Below are positions 37,634 through 46,141 of a stretch of DNA of 60,104 nucleotides, piece after piece. Numbering within the stretch: the first letter of the stretch is position 1; every line of letters starts with the position of its first letter. Under the pieces are notes generated by a model that saw only the letters and a list, made by a program, of their open reading frames with translations, was not told the origin of the DNA and ran no database searches. This stretch comes from Novosphingobium sp. (GTDB lineage: Bacteria; Pseudomonadota; Alphaproteobacteria; Sphingomonadales; Sphingomonadaceae), in contig JBJTLY010000355.1 of the NCBI GenBank assembly GCA_046063275.1, positions 1 to 60,104 of the forward strand. Direction: 5' to 3'. The position numbers were made by a program, and so were the translations under genes.

Positions 37634-39597
37634 GACTGGGCTCCGCGCCAGGCCTGGAACATCAGCACCGACCACAGCGGCTGGGTAGCTTCCTCCTTGC
37701 CCTCAAGGTGCCGCTGCCAGCGAGCACGCACGACAGCGGGATCGAACAAGCCGTCGCGGCTCAGCGCCTCGGGCGAAAGCAGGTCCTCGGCCCAGTCGCG
37801 CAATGGCCCCTTGAGCCAGACGCCCACCGGGATGGCGAAGCCCGCCTTGGGACGATCGACCAGTTCGCGCGGGACATAGCGGTAAAGCAGGTCCTTGAGG
37901 ATCGCCTTGCCCCCGCCGCGCGCGAACTTGAGCTCGGGGGCGATACGCGCGGCGAGCGCGGTGACTTCGGGATCGAGAAACGGCATCCGCGATTCAAGGC
38001 TGACCGCCATGCCCGCGCGGTCAACCTTGGCAAGGATATCGCCCGGTAGGTAGCTGACCGCATCGGCGTGCATCATCTGCGCCTCGAGCGGCAGCTTTGC
38101 GAGCTTCGGGTCAAGCGAGAGTGCTTCGGCGCAACGCTGGCCACCGGACAGCGGTGACCCGGCGGACGCCCAGTCGTCCATGAACGAATCGAACAGGCCG
38201 TCAAAACTGTCTGCCCGGTTCATCAGGCGCAGCGCGCGCTGCGCGTTTGCTCCGAACCACGGTGACCGCTTGCGCCGGGCCAGGTCGGACAGGCCGTTCC
38301 ACGCTCCGGCGGGAACGGCCCCGGCGCCGCCAAGTGCTGCACGGCGCAGTGGGACGGGAACGCGGCGCAGCGCGCGCCACAGACGGGGGAACTGGATATG
38401 CCGGTTATAGCCGCCGAACAGTTCGTCGCCCGCATCGCCCGAAAGCGAAACGGTCACCTGCTGCCGCGCCAGTTTCGACACCAGATAGGTGGGGATCTGC
38501 GACGAATCGGCGAAGGGCTCGTCATAGATCGAGGCTAGTCCGGGGATGACCGCCAGCGCGTCATCCGGCGTAACGTAAAGTTCGGTGTGGTCGGTGCCGA
38601 GCGAGCGGGCGACCTTGGCGGCAAACACCGCCTCGTCGAAACCGCTTTCGGTGAAGCCGATGGTGAAGGTCTTGAGCGGGCGGCTGGCGCACTTCTGGCC
38701 CAGCGCGGTGATCAGCGAACTGTCTATGCCGCCTGAGAGAAACGCGCCGACCGGCACGTCGGCGACCATCTGGCGCGAGACTGCGGCACCAAGCGTCTGA
38801 TCGAGCGCGGCGAGCGCCTCGTCGCGGTCGTTAATCGGGTTTGCTGCCCCTGCCAGCACCTGATCGGCGTAGTCAAAATAGCGCTCGATCCGCATCGGAC
38901 CTGAGGCCCCTTCGACCGGCTGGCGCACGAAAGCTGCCTGCGCATCGGCGAGCGGTACGGTGAGCAGGCAGCCGGGTTCAAGCTTGTAAATGCGCTCGTA
39001 GATCGATTGCGGCGCAGGGACGTATGCCCGGGCCATCAGGCAGGCCAGCGCGGCGCGCGAAATCGGATTGGCGAAGCCCGGGGTGGCGGCAATCGGCGCG
39101 AGCGTGGAGCCAAAGGCGAAGCCTGCCGCGGTCCAGCCATAGTACAGCGGCTTCTCCCCGAACCGATCGCGCGCCAGCGTCAGGGTGCGTTCGCGGTTGT
39201 CCCACACGGCGAGCGCGAACATGCCTGAAAGCAGAGCGATGCCTTGGCTCAAACCATAGGCCGAGAACACCGCCAGCATCACTTCGGTATCCGAATGCCC
39301 GCGCCACGCTGGCGCCTTGCCTGCCGCTTCGAGCTGCGCGCGCAGCGCTTCGAAATTATAGATCTCGCCGTTGTAGGTGACGGTGTAGCGCCCGCAGGCC
39401 GAATGCATCGGCTGCGCGCCAGCCGCCGAAAGGTCGATCACTGCCAGCCGCCGATGGCCAAAGCCGACAGCGCCCTCCGCGCCGATCCAGCACCCCGACG
39501 AATCGGGTCCGCGCGGCACGATGGTATCGGTCATCGCGGTGATCAGTCGCGGGTCGACCGGCCCGCTTCTGGCAATCAATCCCGCAATCCCGCACAT
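37630..39597 (-). CDS. asnB: Asparagine synthase (glutamine-hydrolysing) family amidotransferase, likely sugar amidation
   Basis: N-terminal MCGIAG (Ntn Cys), RGPD, HRRLA, YNGEIYN, RDRFGEKPLY, FLSGGIDSS, LSGDAGDELFGGY. Confidence 0.9.
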   Translation of the reverse strand: MCGIAGLIARSGPVDPRLITAMTDTIVPRGPDSSGCWIGAEGAVGFGHRRLAVIDLSAAGAQPMHSACGRYTVTYNGEIYNFEALRAQLEAAGKAPAWRGHSDTEVMLAVFSAYGLSQGIALLSGMFALAVWDNRERTLTLARDRFGEKPLYYGWTAAGFAFGSTLAPIAATPGFANPISRAALACLMARAYVPAPQSIYERIYKLEPGCLLTVPLADAQAAFVRQPVEGASGPMRIERYFDYADQVLAGAANPINDRDEALAALDQTLGAAVSRQMVADVPVGAFLSGGIDSSLITALGQKCASRPLKTFTIGFTESGFDEAVFAAKVARSLGTDHTELYVTPDDALAVIPGLASIYDEPFADSSQIPTYLVSKLARQQVTVSLSGDAGDELFGGYNRHIQFPRLWRALRRVPVPLRRAALGGAGAVPAGAWNGLSDLARRKRSPWFGANAQRALRLMNRADSFDGLFDSFMDDWASAGSPLSGGQRCAEALSLDPKLAKLPLEAQMMHADAVSYLPGDILAKVDRAGMAVSLESRMPFLDPEVTALAARIAPELKFARGGGKAILKDLLYRYVPRELVDRPKAGFAIPVGVWLKGPLRDWAEDLLSPEALSRDGLFDPAVVRARWQRHLEGKEEATQPLWSVLMFQAWRGAQS

Positions 39598-39755
39598 CTG
39601 ATCAAGTCGCTCCTTGCGCCGCCAAGGCTTGTTCACCGCCTATTGCAGCGAACCGGGCCCTTCAATCTAATTGTCGTTGCATCAGTTGTTTGCCTCGTCC
39701 CGGCGCTTGCCCTAGGTCCTTGAAAACGATCGTGGGTCAAGCTGGCCGAGCTGGG

Positions 39756-40880
39756 ATGACGGGGCAGGATTTCGAATTGCAGCCAGACACCTGCTCAAAT
39801 ACCTGCCACGCGGCGTTCCTGTTGCCCAACCTTGGACTGGGTGGGGCCGAGCGGGTCGTGCTCGACCTCGCTCGCGGGTTTGTCGCGCGCGGAGCCCAGG
39901 TCGATCTGGTGCTAATGGAGCAGAGCGGCGAGTTTCTTGCGCAGGTTCCCGAAGGCGTCCGCGTGGTTTCGCTGGATGCGCCGCGCCTGCGCAGCGCAGT
40001 CCTGCCGCTGCGCGCCTATCTGAAGGAAGCGCGGCCTCAGGCACTAGTCGCGGCGATGTGGCCATTGACGACCGTCGCAATTCTGGCCGCAGCGGGCCTC
40101 AAGGCGCGGCCCCGCACAGTCGTGGTCGATCATGCGCCGCTGCTCGCGCAATATTCCCCCAGTGCATTCCAGACCTTGCTGCTCAAAATGTCGGTTCTTG
40201 CCAGCTACCGCTTTGCCGATCGCATCGTGACGGTCTGCAACGGCCTGGGGGATGAGATCGCACTGCTTGCATCGGTTCCGCGTGATCGGGTCGAGACGGT
40301 GTACAACCCGATCCCCAAGCCAGCCGCGCAAACACCGGCGCCAGCCCTTTGGCCCGCGCGGCCGAAGAAGCGGATCGTCTCGGCCGGACGGCTCAAGCCG
40401 ATCAAGAACTATCCGCTGCTGGTCGAAGCCTTTGCCCCGCTGGCGCGCGAAGTTGAAGGCGCGGTGCTGGCGATTTTAGGGGAGGGTTCGAACCGGGCCG
40501 AGATTACCGATACGGCCAAGCGGCTCGGCGTTGCCAACGAAGTTATGCTTCCCGGGTTCACCGCGACGCCAGGAGACTGGCTCGAGGGCGCCGACCTGTT
40601 CGTCTCGGCATCGCAGTACGAAGGTTTCGGCAACGTGCTGGTTGAAGCAATGCATTTCGGCTGCTCGGTTGTGTCGAGCGATTGCCCCTACGGACCGCGC
40701 GAGGTGCTGGGCGATGGTTCCTGGGGAACCCTGGTCCCAACTGGCGACGTCGCGGCCCTGACCGCGGCAATGCGCGCTGCTCTGGCCAGTCCTGCGGACC
40801 CCACCAAACAGACGGCGCGAGCCGATGATTTTTCGCTCGACCGCGCGGTCGATGCCTATTGGCGGGTGCTGTTCGGATGA
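39756..40880 (+). CDS. Glycosyltransferase, GT4 family
   Basis: GGAERV, YNPI, GRLKPIKN, SQYEGFGNVLVEAM, SDCPYGPRE. Confidence 0.9.
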   Translation: MTGQDFELQPDTCSNTCHAAFLLPNLGLGGAERVVLDLARGFVARGAQVDLVLMEQSGEFLAQVPEGVRVVSLDAPRLRSAVLPLRAYLKEARPQALVAAMWPLTTVAILAAAGLKARPRTVVVDHAPLLAQYSPSAFQTLLLKMSVLASYRFADRIVTVCNGLGDEIALLASVPRDRVETVYNPIPKPAAQTPAPALWPARPKKRIVSAGRLKPIKNYPLLVEAFAPLAREVEGAVLAILGEGSNRAEITDTAKRLGVANEVMLPGFTATPGDWLEGADLFVSASQYEGFGNVLVEAMHFGCSVVSSDCPYGPREVLGDGSWGTLVPTGDVAALTAAMRAALASPADPTKQTARADDFSLDRAVDAYWRVLFG

Positions 40881-42265
40881 GCGGTACCACCTTGTCGCCG
40901 CTGCGCCGGTTCGCGCGCTCGTCGGGGCTGATCGCGGCGTTCTACGGCGCCGCGATGGTGCTGGCTTTCGCTGCAGGTGTGGTCCTGACCCGCTCGCTCG
41001 GTGCTTACGGTTACGGGATTTATTCGCTCGCACTGACCAGCGCGACGCTGATCGGACTGATCACCGAATTCGGCCTGCCGGTGCTGGCCTTGCGCGAGGC
41101 GGGAACGGCTCGGGCGCATGGCGAATGGGGTATCTTGCGCGGACTGATGCGCTGGGCTGACCGGGCCATCCTCGCACTGTCGGTACTGCTGGTGAGCGCA
41201 ACTTACCTGTGGCTCGCGCTGTCGGGCCGGGCCGCGCAGTCCGATTACCTTCAGACCATGCTGTGGGCAGTCGCGCTGTTGCCGCTGGTCGGGCTCGCCA
41301 AGCTGCGCTCGTCGGTTCTGCTGGCGCTCGATCATGTTGCGGCGGGCCAGTTCGCGGTGATGGTCCTGCGACCCATGGCATTCCTGGTGGTATGTCTGTC
41401 GGTCCTGGGCTTGAAGGGTTCGCTGTCACCTTCCGGAGCGATGCTTGCCCAGGTTAGCGGTGCGACCATTTCACTGCTGGTAGTCGCACTGCTGTTCCGC
41501 CGCCTGCGCCCGCGCGAGCTGAGCGAAGCACAGCCGCAAAGCGATGTCCGCGGGTGGCTCGCCGCGAGCTTGCCGATGGGGGTGACCGAGGGACTGCGCT
41601 TGCTGCAAGGGCAACTCGCCCTGCTGCTGACCGGCTGGCTGGCTGGCGCCAGTGCGGCCGGGGTCTATCGCGGCGCTGACGCCGTACTGCAGCTCGCCAC
41701 GGTCGCTGCCTCGGTTGCGGCGACGGCGGCCACGCCGATGTTCGCCCGGCTGATCAAGCAGGACGACCGCGACGGCCTTGAACGGATATTGGGCTTGTCG
41801 GCGCTGGTCATGGCCGGCGGGGTGCTCGCCATCGCCCTGCCGCTTGGCCTTGCGGGCAACTGGCTGTTTCCAGCCTTGTTCGGGCGCGATTTTGCCGCCT
41901 CACCGCCGATTTTCATTGTGCTCTCGGCGGGATTGTTCGTCACCTATTGCATGGGCCTCGCGCAGTCGCTCGCCAACATGAGCGGTCATCACATGCTGAC
42001 GACCCAATCGTTTCTGGCGACCGCGACCATCAACCTCATACTGGGTCTGGTCCTGATCCCGCGCTTCGGTGCGTTCGGCGCGGCGGTTGCTACCGCTGTG
42101 TCGGCGAGCGTGGGTTCGGGCTGGTGCGCGTGGCGGTTGTGGCGGCGGACCGGTTACAATACCACCCTGTTCAACCCGGCCCTGCCGCTAATCGTGTTGG
42201 ATTCGCTGCGGTCGCTGCGAGACATGGTTCGAGGTGCGAACGGGGGGCAGGGGCATGGTGACTAG
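40877..42265 (+). CDS. wzx: Oligosaccharide flippase (Wzx/MOP family)
   Basis: About 12 TM segments; LTRSLGAYGYG, AAGVY, LIPRFGAFGAA.A. Confidence 0.82.
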   Translation: MSGTTLSPLRRFARSSGLIAAFYGAAMVLAFAAGVVLTRSLGAYGYGIYSLALTSATLIGLITEFGLPVLALREAGTARAHGEWGILRGLMRWADRAILALSVLLVSATYLWLALSGRAAQSDYLQTMLWAVALLPLVGLAKLRSSVLLALDHVAAGQFAVMVLRPMAFLVVCLSVLGLKGSLSPSGAMLAQVSGATISLLVVALLFRRLRPRELSEAQPQSDVRGWLAASLPMGVTEGLRLLQGQLALLLTGWLAGASAAGVYRGADAVLQLATVAASVAATAATPMFARLIKQDDRDGLERILGLSALVMAGGVLAIALPLGLAGNWLFPALFGRDFAASPPIFIVLSAGLFVTYCMGLAQSLANMSGHHMLTTQSFLATATINLILGLVLIPRFGAFGAAVATAVSASVGSGWCAWRLWRRTGYNTTLFNPALPLIVLDSLRSLRDMVRGANGGQGHGD

Positions 42266-42434
42266 AGCTGATCTGTCGCCCGTTAGCCTGCGCCAGCGGA
42301 TGGCCAGGCGCAACACTCGCGATGCGCGCATTTTTGCCTTGCTTGGGGATGCGGGATTTTCGGTGGAACCGCTCGGCGGCTTTGATTACGTCGCGCGGAT
42401 GATAAACAAAGCGCTCAAGAGGGCGGCAGAATGA
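42255..42434 (+). pseudogene. 59-aa ORF, probable internally deleted gene remnant
   Basis: ATG overlaps the wzx end after GGGG, stop overlaps the next ATG (ATGA); the C-terminus IFALLGDAGFSVEPLGGFDYVAR looks like the end of an FkbM-type methyltransferase. Confidence 0.35.
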
Positions 42435-43003
42435 CTTTGCTCAGACGGTTTTTCGCAGGCGTGCGGCTGCTGCGCTATCGCTTGCGCAGCTGGGCAATCC
42501 GCACCTATCTGCACCTTGCCTATCCCGGCGTGCGCTGCCATCGCTCGGTGATCTTCGGCAAAGGTGTATCGGTGCGCGCCTTCGACGGGGCCAGGCTCGA
42601 AATTGGAGAGGGCGCGGTCGTGCTGGAATATGCGCAAGTGCAGGCCGATGCCGGCGGACATCTCGTAATCGGTAAAGGTTGCCTGGTCGGCCGCGGTGCC
42701 GTCATCATCTGCACTAAATCGATCGAGATCGGAGATGGGACGTTGATCGCGGAACACGTTACGATCCGCGACCAGGATCATCGCCATGGTGGTGAGGGCA
42801 GGCTCGAAAGCAAGGGCCGCGATAGTGCCGCGATTCGTATCGGACACGATGTCTGGCTTGGCGCGAAAGTCACCGTGACCCGGGGGGTCGAGATTGCCCC
42901 GCACGCGGTTGTCGGGGCAAATTCAGTCGTAACGCAGTCATTGCCGGATCGCGCGGTCTATGTCGGCGCTCCGGCCCGGCCCATCCGGAAGCAACCGAAT
43001 TGA
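42431..43003 (+). CDS. Hexapeptide-repeat (LbH) O-acetyltransferase
   Basis: IEIGDGTLIA..VTIRDQDH, IGHDVWLG, VVGANSVVT, YVGAPARPIR. Confidence 0.9.
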   Translation: MTLLRRFFAGVRLLRYRLRSWAIRTYLHLAYPGVRCHRSVIFGKGVSVRAFDGARLEIGEGAVVLEYAQVQADAGGHLVIGKGCLVGRGAVIICTKSIEIGDGTLIAEHVTIRDQDHRHGGEGRLESKGRDSAAIRIGHDVWLGAKVTVTRGVEIAPHAVVGANSVVTQSLPDRAVYVGAPARPIRKQPN

Positions 43004-43067
43004 CCTGCCTTCGTGAAGAGGGTGCAATAGCGTCAGGCCGCGATCACGGCCCGGCAGGACGCCGCGC

Positions 43068-44147
43068 ATGCTGATCTACTGGCTCCTGTTCGCCTATCCC
43101 GCGATCCTCGCGTTGGCCTATCCCGCCGTTCAAAAGACCGGCAAGCCGGACAGCGCGGGTCAACGTTTGGCGCTATTCGGTTTCGTGGTGTTCTACACGC
43201 TGCTGGCAGCGCTGCGGCAGGATGTCGGCGGTGACTGGATCAATTACGAAATCATCTACGACGATATCCGGCTCGATACCTTTTCTTACGCGCTGAGTTC
43301 GACCGATCCGCTTTACGGCGCGCTGAACTGGATTTCGGCGCAAATGGGCGCCGAGATCTATCTGGTCAACGGGATCTGCGGCTTGCTCCTGGTTTGGGGG
43401 GTGACCAGCGCGAGCAGCAAGTTCAGCGAACCGTGGCTGGCGATCGCGATGGCGGTGCCCTACCTGTTGATCGTGGTCGGCCTGGGCTACGTCCGCCAGG
43501 GTGCGGCGATCGGGATGCTGCTGCTGGCGATCTCGGCCTATGAACGCGGGCGGATCGTCAGTACGATCGCCATGCTGTTCATCGCGATCGGGTTCCACTC
43601 TACCGCGGTGATGGTGTTCCCCTTGTTCGGCTGGGCACTGTCGCGGCGCTATCCGTTCCTTGCGGTAATCTTCGTCGCCCTGAGTGTCGTGACTTATATC
43701 GCCGTCGTGATACCGCGCATCGACCAGTTCGACGCCGGGTACCTGCAAACCGAATACGATTCGACCGGTGCGGTCCCGCGCGTGCTGATGAGCGCAGTAC
43801 CGGCGGCCCTGGTGCTCGCCCGACTGCGCAGTTTTGCCCCTGGCTTGCGTTCGCGCTCGGTGTGGATTTCGATGGCCGCGACCGGGCTTTTCGCCCTGTT
43901 TGCGCTGGCGGTGAGCCCGTCGACGACCGCGGTCGATCGCGCGGCGCTGTTTTTCTCGCCGGTGCAAATGGCGGCCTATGGCGAGTTTCGGAGGCTGAGC
44001 AACCTGTCGCAGCGCGCACCGCTACTCTATCGCTCGGCGCTGATTTTGCTGGCGGCGTTCGTGCAGGTGGTGTGGCTGGTCTTTGCCACCAATGCGCCGT
44101 TCTGGGTGCCTTATCATTCGCTGTTTGAAGGCGGGACTTTGTCTTGA
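43068..44147 (+). CDS. EpsG family polysaccharide polymerase (Wzy)
   Basis: Multi-TM; LRQDVGGDWINY, YVRQGAA, FHSTA. Confidence 0.85.
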   Translation: MLIYWLLFAYPAILALAYPAVQKTGKPDSAGQRLALFGFVVFYTLLAALRQDVGGDWINYEIIYDDIRLDTFSYALSSTDPLYGALNWISAQMGAEIYLVNGICGLLLVWGVTSASSKFSEPWLAIAMAVPYLLIVVGLGYVRQGAAIGMLLLAISAYERGRIVSTIAMLFIAIGFHSTAVMVFPLFGWALSRRYPFLAVIFVALSVVTYIAVVIPRIDQFDAGYLQTEYDSTGAVPRVLMSAVPAALVLARLRSFAPGLRSRSVWISMAATGLFALFALAVSPSTTAVDRAALFFSPVQMAAYGEFRRLSNLSQRAPLLYRSALILLAAFVQVVWLVFATNAPFWVPYHSLFEGGTLS

Positions 44148-45295
44148 GCTCTTCGAATTCGGGACCGCTCATCATCGTTTGTGCCAATCAGGCCTGGAAC
44201 CTGGTCAATTTCCGCTCCGATCTGATTCGCGCACTGATTGCGGCTGGCTGCCGGGTTACTGCGGTTGCCCCGCGCGATCCGGCAATGGAACTCCGTCTTG
44301 CCGAGCTTGGCGCGGGTTTCGAGCCTCTGGCGATCGATGCAAAAGGCCTCGCGCCGCACCGTGACTTTGCGACATTCCTTTCGATCCACCGACTGCTCAA
44401 GCGATTGCGTCCGGCGGCCTGGCTCAGCTGGACGATCAAGCCCAATGTTTACGGCTCACTGGCCGCGCAACTTAATAGTGTAACGGCTATCCCGAACGTG
44501 TCAGGTCTGGGCACCGCTTTCATCCGCCGCAATCTGCTGACCCAGGCAGCGAAGGCACTTTACCGGGCCGGCTTTCGCAAGGCAGCAACCGTGTTCTTCC
44601 AGAACGCCGATGACCGCGACGAATTTGTCCATGGCAAGCTGGTTTTTGCAGATCAGGCGCGGCTTCTGCCCGGCTCAGGGATCGATACCGAGCGGTTTTC
44701 TCCGCCGGATGGAGGACGAAGCAATCGCCAGCATTTCTTGATGCTTTCGCGGGTGGTCGCTGACAAAGGGGTGCGCGAATTTGTCGAAGCGGCGCGAAAA
44801 ACGCGGGCAAGGTGGCCTGATGCGCGCTTCACCCTGATGGGTGAAATCGGCGCGCCCAATCGCACTGTGATTCCTGCGGAGGAAGTGGCGGGCTGGGTGG
44901 AGGAAGGGATCATCGAACACCTTGAGCCGGTCGATGATGTCAGGCCGCACATCGCGACCGCAGACTTCATCGTATTGCCGTCGTACCGTGAGGGACTGTC
45001 CCGCGTTCTGGTCGAGGCAGGTGCAATGGGCAGACCAGCGATCACCACCGATGTTCCCGGCTGCCGGGATATCGTCAGCGACGGCGTCAATGGCTTCCTG
45101 TGCCAACCGCAAGACGCGGCCGATCTTGCTAATGCTTTCGCCCGCGCTGCGGAAACTGACGATCAGGCTTGGGAAGTGATGGCGCAAGCTGCGCGGTGCC
45201 GGGTTGTGACCGAATTTTCGGCGGAACGGGTCATTGCTTTGTATCTGAGCGCGCTGCGCGATGCAGGCGTTCAATTGCCAAATGACCATACCTAA
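44144..45295 (+). CDS. Glycosyltransferase, GT4 family (PglA/CapM-like)
   Basis: NFRSDLI, TIKPNVYG, SGLG, PGSGID, DKGVREF, LPSYREGL, TTDVPGCR. Confidence 0.9.
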   Translation: MSSSNSGPLIIVCANQAWNLVNFRSDLIRALIAAGCRVTAVAPRDPAMELRLAELGAGFEPLAIDAKGLAPHRDFATFLSIHRLLKRLRPAAWLSWTIKPNVYGSLAAQLNSVTAIPNVSGLGTAFIRRNLLTQAAKALYRAGFRKAATVFFQNADDRDEFVHGKLVFADQARLLPGSGIDTERFSPPDGGRSNRQHFLMLSRVVADKGVREFVEAARKTRARWPDARFTLMGEIGAPNRTVIPAEEVAGWVEEGIIEHLEPVDDVRPHIATADFIVLPSYREGLSRVLVEAGAMGRPAITTDVPGCRDIVSDGVNGFLCQPQDAADLANAFARAAETDDQAWEVMAQAARCRVVTEFSAERVIALYLSALRDAGVQLPNDHT

Positions 45296-45310
45296 TGGTT
45301 CGAGTGTCAC

Positions 45311-45338
45311 TTGCATCGCCAACGGCTTCGTCTAGGCT
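45311..45338 (+). promoter_or_regulatory. Candidate sigma70 promoter for wza-wzc
   Basis: TTGCAT-N16-TAGGCT, ~40 nt upstream of the wza start. Confidence 0.4.
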
Positions 45339-45377
45339 CATTCGGCTCGCAGGCTTGCGTTCGTAAGGGGAGCGACA

Positions 45378-46100
45378 TTGAATTCTTTGCCTAACTCTGT
45401 CAGCCGCCATTCGCGGGTGATCGGTCTTGTGTTGATCGGCACCGCCGCCCTGGCGTTGGGCGGCTGCGTCCGGCGTGGCGGTACGGTGCCTTACGCACCG
45501 GCTGATTTCGGTCCGCCAGATAAAGAGCAGGCTTCGGAAGTTGCTTATGATTTGCCGCTGGGTCCACTTGACGTCCTTGCAGTCAAAGTATTTCGCGTGC
45601 CTGAGCTGAGCGGCGAATATCAGGTCGATGCCAAGGGCATGCTTGACCTGCCGCTGCTGGGTCCGACCAGCGTGCGAAACAAATCGCCAGAGGAATTCTC
45701 GCGCGAGCTGGAGCGGCTTTACGGCGCCAAGTATCTCAACAATCCGCAGATCAGCGTGCGGGTCACGCAGACGATCAACAACAGTGTCACGCTTGAAGGC
45801 GGTCTGGCTGTGCCGGGGGTGTACCAGCTACCCGGCCGCACAACCCTGCTCGGTGCAGTCGCTCTGGCGCGCGGCATCGCGCAGCAGGATGCCAACCCAA
45901 AACGAGTCGTGATCTTTCGTAAGCGCAACGGCCAGACCATGGCCGCCGCATTCGATCTGATTTCGATTCGCCACGGTGAAATGGAGGATCCGCTGGTCTA
46001 TCCGGGCGATGTGATCGTGGTCGACAGTTCGCAGCTGCGCCCGCTTTATCGCGACCTGATCCAGTCGCTGCCGCTCGTTACGATCTTCACCCGGCTGTAA
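45378..46100 (+). CDS. wza: Polysaccharide export lipoprotein (Wza/OPX family)
   Basis: Lipobox ALGGC, LGPLDVL, YQVD..G.LDLPLLG, SLBB domain PGVY...A.ALARG. Confidence 0.88.
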   Translation: MNSLPNSVSRHSRVIGLVLIGTAALALGGCVRRGGTVPYAPADFGPPDKEQASEVAYDLPLGPLDVLAVKVFRVPELSGEYQVDAKGMLDLPLLGPTSVRNKSPEEFSRELERLYGAKYLNNPQISVRVTQTINNSVTLEGGLAVPGVYQLPGRTTLLGAVALARGIAQQDANPKRVVIFRKRNGQTMAAAFDLISIRHGEMEDPLVYPGDVIVVDSSQLRPLYRDLIQSLPLVTIFTRL

Positions 46101-46141
46101 TTCCACGCCCACTCGCCGGACGAATAGAGAAAAGGTTCAAG

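Noticed and set aside
37630-39597. asnB as the lasso cyclase
   Set aside because: It has the N-terminal catalytic Cys and a full glutaminase domain and sits among glycan genes; the Cys-less paralogue at 56934-58661 fits the cyclase role.
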